Positions 22,902 to 30,858 are shown, counted from the first letter of the stretch. The stretch is 30,858 nucleotides of DNA from Actinomycetota bacterium (GCA_030841245.1 JAVEDG010000273.1:1-30858); one strand, 5' to 3'. The notes: generated by a model not told the origin, from the letters alone. Numbers and translations are program-made.

Positions 22902-23339
22902 TTACCGGCCCCGGTCCACAGGACGGTCGTCGCCGCGACGGAACGGGTCCGGTGTGGGCGGCTGGGCCAGCTCGGCGCGCGGGCAGGTGCCGATGGTCAG
23001 CCCGGCCCAGATGAGAGCGTCGTCGCACAGGCTCTCGACCGACCAGCCCTGGTTGAGGCCCGGCTCGGTGACGGTCACCTTGTAGATGGTGATCTCGTGG
23101 CGGTGGGGGCTGTCGTACATGACGGCGATCGAGCCCAGCAGCTGGGCCTCGCCGCGGGTGCCACCGACGCCGTCCCAGGGTGCGTCGTAGCGCTGCCAGA
23201 GGGACGACGTGGCGTTCCAGACACCGCCGGCCGAGACGTCGAGCCGGCGCAGCTGCTGCAGGACCTGCGCCGCGGCGCGCTCGTCCAGGATGGCCGCGGG
23301 CCGGATGATCCGGACATCCTCGCGTGCGCCCACAGTCAT
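22902..23339 (-). CDS. Hypothetical protein, 145 aa, family not recognised
   Basis: Fills the gap between deoA and add; SD AAAGAGG before ATG 23339; coding-like codon bias; balanced globular composition, unlike the shadow ORFs. Confidence 0.8.
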   Translation of the reverse strand: MTVGAREDVRIIRPAAILDERAAAQVLQQLRRLDVSAGGVWNATSSLWQRYDAPWDGVGGTRGEAQLLGSIAVMYDSPHRHEITIYKVTVTEPGLNQGWSVESLCDDALIWAGLTIGTCPRAELAQPPTPDPFRRGDDRPVDRGR

Positions 23340-23401
23340 GCCTCTTTCATCGTGCGACTCGTGCCCGAGGTTGAGAGTTTGGCAGACGGTAGCGTGCCCA
23401 C

Positions 23402-24496
23402 GTGACCAAGTCTTTGTCTGCCGATCTGCTGGGTCGTGCCCCAAAGGTACTGCTTCATGATCATCTGGACGGGGGTGTACGCCCCGCTACCGTGGTCGAG
23501 CTGGCGGCCGAGACTGGTTACGAGGGGTTACCGACCGGCGATGTCGACGGCCTCTCGCGGTGGTTCTTCGACGCGGCCAACTCGGGCTCACTCGAACGCT
23601 ACCTGGAGACCTTCGTCCACACCGTCGGCGTGATGCAGACGCCGGACGCGCTCGCCCGGATCGCGGCCGAGTGCGCCGAGGACCTGGCCGCGGACGGGGT
23701 GGTCTACGCCGAGGTGCGCTACGCGCCGGAGCTGCATGTGACGGGGGATCTGGGGCTGGCCGAGGTCGTCGAGGCCGTCAACGCCGGGTTCCGCGAGGGC
23801 GAGGCGCGGGCCCGGGCCGCCGGCCGGGCGATCCGGGTGGGTGCCCTGCTCACCGCGATGCGCCACGCGGCGCGCTCGATGGAGATCGCCGAGCTCGCGG
23901 TTGCCTACCGCGACCAGGGAGTGGCCGGTTTCGACATCGCGGGGGCCGAGGCGGGCTACCCGCCCACCAGGCATCTGGACGCGTTCGAGTACCTCCAGCG
24001 GGAGAACGCCCACTTCACCATCCACGCGGGCGAGGGCTTCGGCCTGCCGTCCATCTGGCAGGCCATCCAGTGGTGCGGGGCCGACCGGCTGGGCCACGGC
24101 GTACGCATCATCGACGACATCACCGTCGAGGAGGACGGCGAGGTGCAGCTCGGGCGCCTCGCGGCGTACGTGCGTGACAAGCGGATCCCGCTGGAGATGT
24201 GCCCGACGTCCAACGTCATGACCGGAGCCGCGAAGTCGATCGAGGACCATCCGATCGGGCTGCTGCGCAAGCTCTACTTCCGGGTCACGGTCAACACCGA
24301 CAACCGGCTGATGAGCGGCACGAGCATGACGAAGGAGTTCGTGCAGCTCGCCGATGCGTTCGGCTGGGGGTTGGAGGACTTCCAGTGGCTGACCGTCAAC
24401 GCGATGAAGTCGGCGTTCGTCCCCTTCGACCAGCGGCTGGCTCTGATCAACGACGTGATCAAGCCGGGGTACGCCGCGCTGGCGGTCCAGGTCTGA
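23402..24496 (+). CDS. add: Adenosine deaminase
   Basis: [57 protein letters not shown]. -10 TAGCGT lies 6 nt before the GTG. Confidence 0.96.
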   Translation: MTKSLSADLLGRAPKVLLHDHLDGGVRPATVVELAAETGYEGLPTGDVDGLSRWFFDAANSGSLERYLETFVHTVGVMQTPDALARIAAECAEDLAADGVVYAEVRYAPELHVTGDLGLAEVVEAVNAGFREGEARARAAGRAIRVGALLTAMRHAARSMEIAELAVAYRDQGVAGFDIAGAEAGYPPTRHLDAFEYLQRENAHFTIHAGEGFGLPSIWQAIQWCGADRLGHGVRIIDDITVEEDGEVQLGRLAAYVRDKRIPLEMCPTSNVMTGAAKSIEDHPIGLLRKLYFRVTVNTDNRLMSGTSMTKEFVQLADAFGWGLEDFQWLTVNAMKSAFVPFDQRLALINDVIKPGYAALAVQV

Positions 24497-24508
24497 CCAG
24501 GGACGGCG

Positions 24509-24539
24509 AGGCCCCCCCGTCCGGTGGACGCGGGGGCCT
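24509..24539. terminator. GC-rich hairpin, probably a (bidirectional) intrinsic terminator
   Basis: AGGCCCCC-c-CGTCC-ggt-GGACG-c-GGGGGCCT: 13 bp with one C.C mismatch, 12 nt after the add stop, between converging units. Confidence 0.65.
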
Positions 24540-24564
24540 GCCTTCGTCATGTGGTCCGGGAGGG

Positions 24565-24616
24565 ACCGAGCGCGGAGCGCTCAGTCGTCCACCGAGCGCG
24601 GAGCGCTCAGTCGTCC
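24565..24616. repeat. Exact 2 x 26-bp tandem repeat, each unit containing a small hairpin
   Basis: ACCGAGCGCGGAGCGCTCAGTCGTCC at 24565-24590 and 24591-24616; GAGCGC-gga-GCGCTC in each unit. Confidence 0.95.
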
Positions 24617-24642
24617 CAGGGACCGTAGTCGTCCTCGTACAT
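24607..24642 (-). CDS. Candidate micro-ORF MYEDDYGPWDD (11 aa); in-frame longer form from ATG 24720 (37 aa)
   Basis: Minus strand reads GGAAGGAG-TTCCTC-ATG TAC GAG GAC GAC TAC GGT CCC TGG GAC GAC TGA: SD at 6-nt spacing and host-preferred codons. Too short for the ORF track. Confidence 0.4.
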   Translation of the reverse strand: MYEDDYGPWDD

Positions 24643-24675
24643 GAGGAACTCCTTCCACCCGAGGCGCCCGCGCAA

Positions 24676-24817
24676 CCCACCGTGGTGGGGGCGAGGCGGC
24701 TCGGCACTTGTGCCGGCCATGCTGCGGGCCGTGCCCGCATGTCGTCGCCGGGCGACGATCTGGCCGTTTCGGGACCGGACCCCGCGTGGGGCTCCGGGCG
24801 ATCTCTAGGTGGATCGC
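24676..24817 (-). ncRNA. Candidate structured RNA or 5' leader made of consecutive short hairpins
   Basis: Stems at 24798-24817, 24775-24797, 24742-24758, 24723-24739, 24702-24715 and 24676-24689, starting just downstream of a minus-strand TACACT. No known family recognised. Confidence 0.3.
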
Positions 24818-24824
24818 TGCTACC

Positions 24825-24830
24825 AGTGTA
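24825..24830 (-). promoter_or_regulatory. Candidate -10 hexamer TACACT
   Basis: Plus-strand AGTGTA; near-consensus actinobacterial -10 in an intergenic region, pointing into the hairpin chain and micro-ORF. Confidence 0.45.
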
Positions 24831-24934
24831 GGGGATCGGCGCAACTAGGGGCGAACTGAACGTTTCCGGCCCGTGACCGGCACTGAAAACCTTGCCTGGC
24901 CCAAGCGTTGGGCGCGTTTGCCGCTGGCGGCCGC

Positions 24935-25831
24935 TCAGACTCCGATCGGGTGCCAGACCGTCTTGGTCTCGAGGAAGCGCAGCATGCGCTCCATGCCGGG
25001 CTCGGCCCGCCAGTCCGGCTCGGCGGCAGGGGCGCGCAGCACCCGCTTGAGGTTGTCCGCCGCCGCCACCTCGAGCCGGGTCGAGAGCTCGGGGTCGCCG
25101 GCAGCCCCGGCCAGGTCGACCGCGTTCACGTCCATGTGCGAGGCCAGGGTCGGTGCCGTGTCGGCGAGCTGGCCCGTCAGGACGTTGACGACGCCGCCGG
25201 GCACGTCGGAGGTGGCGAGCACCTCGGCCAGCGTGATGGCCGGCAGTGGGCGACCAGAGGACGACGTGACCACGCAGGTGTTGCCGGAGACGATCACCGG
25301 GGCCACGACAGAGACCAGCCCGAGCAGGCTGGACTGCTGCGGCGCGAGGACGGCGACGACGCCGGTCGGCTCGGGCACCGAGAAGTCGAAGTAGGGCCCG
25401 GCGACCGGGTTGGCCGAGCCGGTCACCGAGGCGATCTTGTCGGCCCACCCGGCGTACCAGACCCAGCGGTCGATCGCGGCGTCCACCGCGGCGGCGGCCG
25501 CGCGCGCCGAGCCGCCCTCACCGGCCCGCACGTCCTCGGCGAACTGTGCCCGCCTGCCTTCGAGCAGCTCCGCCACGCGGTAGAGCACCTGGCCGCGGTT
25601 GTACGCCGTGGCGCCCGACCAGCCCGGGAACGCCTTGCGGGCGGCCTGCACGGCGTCGCGCGCGTCCTTGCGCGACGCGTGGGCGGCGTTCGCGAGGAAC
25701 CGGCCCTTGACGTCGGTGACCTCGTAGGAGCGCCCGCTCTCCGAACGCGGGAACGCGCCGCCGATGAACAGCTTGTAGGTCTTGCGGACCGGCATCCGGT
25801 CTGTCGTGGAGCGGCTGGTCCTGTCAGGCAT
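24935..25831 (-). CDS. Truncated, non-catalytic ALDH-fold protein (NAD-binding-like and oligomerisation parts only)
   Basis: KTYKLFIGGAFPRSESGR, EPTGVVAV, SGNTCVV, DVPGGVVNVLTG, then directly LETKTVWHPIGV. No ELGGK and no catalytic Cys domain. Start overlaps the upstream stop (ATGCCTGA); SD GGAGG. Confidence 0.88.
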   Translation of the reverse strand: MPDRTSRSTTDRMPVRKTYKLFIGGAFPRSESGRSYEVTDVKGRFLANAAHASRKDARDAVQAARKAFPGWSGATAYNRGQVLYRVAELLEGRRAQFAEDVRAGEGGSARAAAAAVDAAIDRWVWYAGWADKIASVTGSANPVAGPYFDFSVPEPTGVVAVLAPQQSSLLGLVSVVAPVIVSGNTCVVTSSSGRPLPAITLAEVLATSDVPGGVVNVLTGQLADTAPTLASHMDVNAVDLAGAAGDPELSTRLEVAAADNLKRVLRAPAAEPDWRAEPGMERMLRFLETKTVWHPIGV

Positions 25832-27272
25832 CGAGGTACGCCTCCAGCCCGTGCCGGCCGCCCTCGCGGCCGTAACCGGACTCCTTGTAGCCGCCGAATG
25901 GCGAGGTCGGGTCGAACCGGTTGAACGTGTTCGCCCAGACGACCCCCGCGCGCAGCTTGTCGGCCATCCAGAGGATCCGCGACCCCTTGTCGGTCCAGAC
26001 CCCCGCGGAGAGCCCGTACGGCGTGTTGTTGGCCTTCTCCACGGCCTCGGCCGGGGTGCGGAACGTCAGCACGGACAGCACCGGGCCGAAGATCTCCTCG
26101 CGGGCGATCCGGTGGGCCTGGGTGACCCCGGTGAAGACCGTCGGGGCGAACCAGAACCCCCGCTCCGGCAGCTCGCACGGCGGCGACCAGCGCTCGGCCC
26201 CCTCGGCCTCACCCACCTCCGAGAGCTCGCGGATCCGGGCCAGCTGCTCGGCCGAGTTGATGGCGCCGACGTCGGTGTTCTTGTCCAGGGGGTCCCCGAC
26301 GCGCAGCGTGCCGAGCCGGCGCTTGAGGGAGACCAGCACCTCGTCGTACACGCTCTCCTGCACGAGCAGCCGCGAGCCCGCGCAGCAGACGTGGCCCTGG
26401 TTGAAGAAGATGCCGTTGACGATGCCCTCGACCGCCTGGTCGACCGGCGCGTCGTCGAAGAGGATGTTGGCCGCCTTGCCGCCGAGCTCGAGCGTGACCT
26501 TCTTGGCAGTGCCCGCTGTGGAGCGAGCGATCATCTTGCCCACCTCGGTCGAGCCGGTGAAGGCCACCTTGTCGATGCCGCCGTGCTCGACGAGCGCGCG
26601 GCCCGTGTCGCCGGCCCCGGTGATGATGTTGACCACGCCGGGCGGCAGGTCCGCCTGCTGGCAGATCTCGGCGAACAGCAGCGCCGTGAGCGGTGTGGTC
26701 TCGGCAGGCTTGAGCACCACGGTGTTGCCGCAGGCCAGGGCGGGCGCGATCTTCCAGGACAGCATCAGCAGGGGGAAGTTCCAGGGGATGACCTGGCCGG
26801 CGACGCCCAGGGGTCGCGGATCCGGTCCGAGCCCGGCGTACGAGAGCTTGTCGGCCCAGCCGGCGTAGTAGAAGAAGTGCGCCGCGACCAGCGGGATGTC
26901 GACGTCGCGCGACTCGCGGATCGGCTTGCCGTTGTCGAGCGACTCGAGCACCGCCAGCTCGCGAGCGCGCTCCTGGATGATCCGCGCGATGCGGAACAGG
27001 TACTTGCCCCGCTCGCGCGCGGGCAGCTTCGACCAGGTCCGCTGGTACGCCCGGCGCGCCGCCGCGACGGCCCGGTCCACGTCGGTCGGGCCGGCCTCGG
27101 TGACCTCCGCCAGCACCTCTTCGGTCGCCGGGCTGATGGTCTTGAAGGTGCGACCGTCGGCGGTGTCGACGAACTCCCCGTCGATGAACAGCCCGTACGA
27201 CGAGCGCAGCGTCACGACCGCGCGGGACTCGGGCGCGGGGGCGTACTCGAACTTCTTGCCGGCGGGACTCAT
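25824..27272 (-). CDS. Aldehyde dehydrogenase (catalytic)
   Basis: IPWNFPLLM..WKIAPALACGNTVVLKPAE.TPLTA, AFTGSTEVG, LELGGK, FNQGHVCCAGSR, EEIFGPVL, PFGGYKESG.GREGG. Confidence 0.95.
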   Translation of the reverse strand: MSPAGKKFEYAPAPESRAVVTLRSSYGLFIDGEFVDTADGRTFKTISPATEEVLAEVTEAGPTDVDRAVAAARRAYQRTWSKLPARERGKYLFRIARIIQERARELAVLESLDNGKPIRESRDVDIPLVAAHFFYYAGWADKLSYAGLGPDPRPLGVAGQVIPWNFPLLMLSWKIAPALACGNTVVLKPAETTPLTALLFAEICQQADLPPGVVNIITGAGDTGRALVEHGGIDKVAFTGSTEVGKMIARSTAGTAKKVTLELGGKAANILFDDAPVDQAVEGIVNGIFFNQGHVCCAGSRLLVQESVYDEVLVSLKRRLGTLRVGDPLDKNTDVGAINSAEQLARIRELSEVGEAEGAERWSPPCELPERGFWFAPTVFTGVTQAHRIAREEIFGPVLSVLTFRTPAEAVEKANNTPYGLSAGVWTDKGSRILWMADKLRAGVVWANTFNRFDPTSPFGGYKESGYGREGGRHGLEAYLDA

Positions 27273-27276
27273 GCGA

Positions 27277-28254
27277 TCAGTCCAAGGTGAAGTAGTCGGG
27301 ACCGGAGTAGCGCCCGGTCGTCAGCTTGGTGCGCTGCATCAGCAGGTCGTTGAGCAGGCTGGAGGCGCCGATGCGGAACCAGTCCGGGTCGAGCCAGTCG
27401 TCACCGGCCGTCTCGTTGACGACGACCAAGTAGCGGATCGCGTCCTTGCTGGTCCGGATGCCGCCGGCCGGCTTGACGCCGACCTGGCGCCCGGTCGCGT
27501 CGCGGAAGTCACGCACCGCCTCGAGCATGACCAGGGTCACCGGCAGGGTGGCGGCGGGAGCCACCTTTCCGGTGGAGGTCTTGATGAAGTCACCGCCCGC
27601 CAGTATGGCCAGCCACGAGGCGCGCCGGACGTTGTCGTAGGTCGAGAGCTCACCGGTCTCGAGGATCACCTTGAGGTGCGCGTCGCCGCACGCGGCCTTC
27701 ACCGCGACGATCTCGTCGAGCACCGCGAGGTAGTGCCCGGAGAGGAACGCACCGCGGTCGATGACCATGTCGATCTCGTCGGCACCGGCTGCGACGCCCG
27801 CGCGTACGTCGGCGAGCTTGACCGGCAGCGCCGCCCGGCCGCTGGGGAAGGAGGTCGCGACGCTGGCCACCTTGACGCCGCTGCCCGCCAGCGCGGCGGC
27901 CGCGACCTCGACGAGGTCGGGGTAGACGCAGATCGCCGCCACCTGTGGGGCCGTGGGGTCCGCCGGGTCGGGCCGGCGCGCCTTGGCGCACAGAGCGCGG
28001 ACCTTGCCCGGGGTGTCCTGTCCTTCGAGCGTGGTCAGGTCGATCATCGAGATCGCCAGGTCGATGGCCCACGCCTTGGCCGTGGTCTTGATCGACCGCG
28101 TCGACAGGGTCGCGACCCGCGCCTCGGCGCCGACCTGGTCGACGCCGGGCAGCCCGTGCAGGAACCGCCGCAGCGACGACTCGGACGCCGTGATGCCGGC
28201 CAGGTCCAGTCCGCCAGGCCCGCTCGCGAGCGTGGGGACAGCGGTCGTAGTCAC
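27277..28254 (-). CDS. deoC: Deoxyribose-phosphate aldolase (long type)
   Basis: IDLTTLEG.DT, AICVYP, GADEIDMVI, LKVILETGEL, FIKTSTGK, GVKPAGGIRT, RIGASSLL. Start GTG 28254, 6 nt after -10 TAGGCT (alternative GTG 28257). Confidence 0.96.
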   Translation of the reverse strand: MTTTAVPTLASGPGGLDLAGITASESSLRRFLHGLPGVDQVGAEARVATLSTRSIKTTAKAWAIDLAISMIDLTTLEGQDTPGKVRALCAKARRPDPADPTAPQVAAICVYPDLVEVAAAALAGSGVKVASVATSFPSGRAALPVKLADVRAGVAAGADEIDMVIDRGAFLSGHYLAVLDEIVAVKAACGDAHLKVILETGELSTYDNVRRASWLAILAGGDFIKTSTGKVAPAATLPVTLVMLEAVRDFRDATGRQVGVKPAGGIRTSKDAIRYLVVVNETAGDDWLDPDWFRIGASSLLNDLLMQRTKLTTGRYSGPDYFTLD

Positions 28255-28294
28255 CACGTGAGCCTACCGCCGCAGCTCGGGCCGCCCGGCCGGC

Positions 28295-29977
28295 TCAGAG
28301 GGCGAGGGCTGTCGACAGGTCGGCCTTGATGGCGGCCAGGTCGGCGGCGGCGCTCCGACGGGCTGCGGCGACGTCCGCGGCCGTGTTACCGGCTATGTCG
28401 ACGACGACCTCGAGGTAGCACTTGAGCTTGGGCTCGGTGCCCGAAGGCCGTACGACGACACGACCGCGCCGCGCCAGCCGATAGCGCAGCCCGTCGGTCG
28501 GGGGCAGCCCGCCGGCGCCGTCGGCCAGGTCCTCGACGCCCTCCACGTCGCGGCCACCGAGTGAGGCCGGCGGCTGGTCGCGCAGCCTGGTCATCGCCGC
28601 CTCGATGAGCGAGAGATCCTCGACCCGGACCGACAGCTGGTCGGTGGCGTGCAGGCCGTGCTCCCGGGCGAGGTCGTCGAGCAGGTCGACCAGTGACCGT
28701 CCCTCCGCCTTGAGGGTCGCGGCGAGCTCCGCGACCAGCAGCGCAGCGGACACACCGTCCTTGTCGCGGACCGCGGCCGGGTCGACGCAGTAGCCGAGCG
28801 CCTCCTCGTAGCCGAACCGCAGCCGCTCCACCCGGGAGATCCACTTGAAGCCGGTCAGGGTCTCCTCGTAGCCCAGCCCGTTCGCCGCAGCGATCCGGCC
28901 GAGCAGCGACGAAGAGACGATCGACGCCGCGAACGTCCCGCGCAGCGGCTCTCCGGCGGCGGCCGCCCGGCGTACCAGGTGCGCGCCGAGCAGGGCGCCC
29001 ACCTCGTCGCCGCGCAGCATCCGCCACCCGTCGCCGTCGGGCACGGCCACGGCGCACCGGTCGGCGTCCGGGTCGTTGGCCAGCACGAGGTCGGCGCCGG
29101 AGCGTTCGGCCGCGGCGACGGCGAGGTCGATCGCGCCGGGCTCCTCCGGGTTGGGGAAGGCGACGGTGTGGAACTCGGGGTCCGGGTCGCCCTGCTCGAC
29201 CACGACCTCGGGGGCCGGGAACCCGGCGTGCGCGAACGCGGCCAGCACGACGTCACGCCCCACACCGTGCAGCGGCGTGTAGACGATCCGCAGGTCGCGC
29301 GGCGAGTCCGCGGCGACGAGCGCGGCGACTCGCGCCAGATAGGCCTCGAGTACGTCGTCGCCGAGGGTCTCCCACGAGTCCCCGCGGGGGACCGTCGAGA
29401 GCGCACTGACCGCCTCGATCTCGGCTGAGATCTCGGCGTCGGCCGGCGGCACGATCTGTGACCCGTCGCCTAGGTAGACCTTGTAGCCGTTGTCGCGCGG
29501 CGGGTTGTGCGACGCGGTGACCATCACGCCGGCGGACGCGCCCAGGTGCCGGATCGCGAAGGCGAGCACCGGGGTCGGCAGCGGGTGCGGCAGCACCATG
29601 GCGTGCAGCCCGGCTCCGGTGACCACCTCGCAGGTGTCGCGCGCGAACACGTCGGACTTGTGGCGGGCGTCGTACCCGACGACGACGGCACGGCCGTCGC
29701 GTGCTCGCAGGTACGCCGCGAGGCCGGCCGCCGCCCGCGCGACCACGACCCGGTTCATCCGGTTCGGTCCGGCGCCCATCTCGCCGCGGAGCCCGGCGGT
29801 GCCGAACTCCAGCCGGCCGGAGAAGCGCTCGGCCACTGCCGTCGCGTCGCCGCGGTCCAGCAGCGCCTGCAGCTCGGCACGGGTGTCGGGGTCGGGGTCG
29901 TCGGCGAGCCACGCCGCGGCGACGTCGAAGCCCGCGACCGTCTCGTCGCTGGAGCGGTGCTCGTGGTGGGTGCTCAT
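28295..29977 (-). CDS. Alpha-D-phosphohexomutase-family phospho-sugar mutase (probable phosphopentomutase)
   Basis: FGTAGLRG, TASHNPP.DNGYK (phospho-Ser), DPDADR (metal), GYEEA (sugar), RPSGTEPKLKCY. Confidence 0.92.
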   Translation of the reverse strand: MSTHHEHRSSDETVAGFDVAAAWLADDPDPDTRAELQALLDRGDATAVAERFSGRLEFGTAGLRGEMGAGPNRMNRVVVARAAAGLAAYLRARDGRAVVVGYDARHKSDVFARDTCEVVTGAGLHAMVLPHPLPTPVLAFAIRHLGASAGVMVTASHNPPRDNGYKVYLGDGSQIVPPADAEISAEIEAVSALSTVPRGDSWETLGDDVLEAYLARVAALVAADSPRDLRIVYTPLHGVGRDVVLAAFAHAGFPAPEVVVEQGDPDPEFHTVAFPNPEEPGAIDLAVAAAERSGADLVLANDPDADRCAVAVPDGDGWRMLRGDEVGALLGAHLVRRAAAAGEPLRGTFAASIVSSSLLGRIAAANGLGYEETLTGFKWISRVERLRFGYEEALGYCVDPAAVRDKDGVSAALLVAELAATLKAEGRSLVDLLDDLAREHGLHATDQLSVRVEDLSLIEAAMTRLRDQPPASLGGRDVEGVEDLADGAGGLPPTDGLRYRLARRGRVVVRPSGTEPKLKCYLEVVVDIAGNTAADVAAARRSAAADLAAIKADLSTALAL

Positions 29978-30001
29978 GGTCGCGGGTTCAGACCTCTCAA
30001 C

Positions 30002-30805
30002 TCACAGCTGCGGCATGACGTCGGCCAGCAGGGCGCCCATGCGGGTCGCGGCCGTCCGGCCGGCCTCGAGCACCTCCTCGTGGTTGAGCGGCTCGCCGGT
30101 CATCCCCGCGGCGAGGTTGGTCACGAGCGAGATGCCCAGCACCTCGGCGCCGGCCTCGCGGGCCGCGATCGCCTCGAGGACGGTCGACATGCCGACCAGG
30201 TCGCCGCCGATGCGGCGGACCATGACGATCTCGGCCGGTGTCTCGTACTGCGGGCCGGACATCTGCACGTAGACGCCCTCCTCGAGCGACGGCTCGACCT
30301 CGCGGCACAGCTCGCGCAGCCGGGGCGAGTAGAGGTCGGTCAGGTCGACGAAGCGGGCCCCGACCAGCGGTGACGTCGCCGTCATGTTGATGTGGTCGCG
30401 GATGAGCACCGGCTGGCCCGGTCGCATGCCCTCCCGCACGCCGCCGCAGCCGTTGGTGAGCACCACGACTCGGGCGCCGGCCGCCGCGGCGGTCCGGACG
30501 CCGTGCACGACGGCCGCCGGCCCGAGCCCCTCGTAGAGGTGGGTACGGCCGAGGAAGACCAGCGCGTTGCGGTCGCCGACGCGCACCGAACGCAGCGTCC
30601 CCGCATGCCCTTCCACCGCGGGTGCGTGGAAGCCCGGCAGGTCGGTCGTCGCCATCTCGTACGCCGTGTCGCCGAGCAGGTCGGCGGCGGGCACCCAGCC
30701 CGAGCCCATGACGAGAGCGATCTGGTGCTCGGCCACGCCGGTCAGCTCGCGCAGCCGGGCCGCCGCGTCGACGGCCAGGGAGTACGGGTCAGGTGAGTCC
30801 GCCAC
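30002..30805 (-). CDS. punA: Purine nucleoside phosphorylase (trimeric, 6-oxopurine type)
   Basis: [60 protein letters not shown]. -10 TAGGGT lies 8 nt before the GTG. Confidence 0.95.
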   Translation of the reverse strand: MADSPDPYSLAVDAAARLRELTGVAEHQIALVMGSGWVPAADLLGDTAYEMATTDLPGFHAPAVEGHAGTLRSVRVGDRNALVFLGRTHLYEGLGPAAVVHGVRTAAAAGARVVVLTNGCGGVREGMRPGQPVLIRDHINMTATSPLVGARFVDLTDLYSPRLRELCREVEPSLEEGVYVQMSGPQYETPAEIVMVRRIGGDLVGMSTVLEAIAAREAGAEVLGISLVTNLAAGMTGEPLNHEEVLEAGRTAATRMGALLADVMPQL

Positions 30806-30858
30806 GATGGGCGACCCTAACGGGACCGCCAGGGTGCCGGTGCGCGAGCCATGAAGCC

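Noticed and set aside
24565-24616. CRISPR mini-array
   Set aside because: Repeats abut with no spacers, and there are no cas genes.
24459-24844. Track ORFs crossing the add-ALDH gap (24459-25448, 24581-24844, 24199-24831)
   Set aside because: No SD or promoter support, they read through repeats or the terminator, and the composition is not protein-like.
24935-25831. Short ALDH as a decayed pseudogene
   Set aside because: Intact frame, SD, translational coupling, normal codon bias and a clean domain-level deletion.
30851-30858. Start of a further plus-strand gene (ATG AAG CC)
   Set aside because: Only 8 nt are visible, which is too little to support a call.

Overview
High-GC Actinomycetota chromosomal DNA, almost entirely conserved core genome. 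I found no transposase, integrase, phage gene, CRISPR array, tRNA or rRNA. Gene order: DUF6350/PerM-like, purN, purH, folD, DUF3017, mdh, icd, CNNM/hemolysin-family, trpS, 2H phosphoesterase, YihY, D,D-carboxypeptidase (-), methylmalonyl-CoA mutase large subunit, M20 amidohydrolase, then a two-armed nucleoside uptake and catabolism cluster. The + arm is BMP lipoprotein, ABC ATPase, two permeases, cdd, deoA, an unknown 145-aa gene (-) and add. The - arm is punA, a phospho-sugar mutase, deoC and two ALDH genes. From memory (not searched), the order resembles the syntenic block of Streptomyces and Mycobacterium. Most long ORFs in the supplied track are GC-rich shadow frames. The best candidates for something undescribed are small. 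(1) The 440-bp gap between the converging arms (24497-24934) holds a TACACT -10 box, a chain of hairpins, a strong SD plus an 11-codon micro-ORF (MYEDDYGPWDD), an exact 26-bp tandem duplication and a terminator-like stem. (2) An ALDH pair looks like a naturally split ALDH16. (3) The ABC ATPase probably starts at CUG, behind a 16-bp hairpin. (4) A leaderless uORF is coupled to the CNNM gene. (5) An unrecognised 145-aa gene lies divergent from add. All of these are hypotheses from reading the sequence by eye; no searches or folding programs were run.
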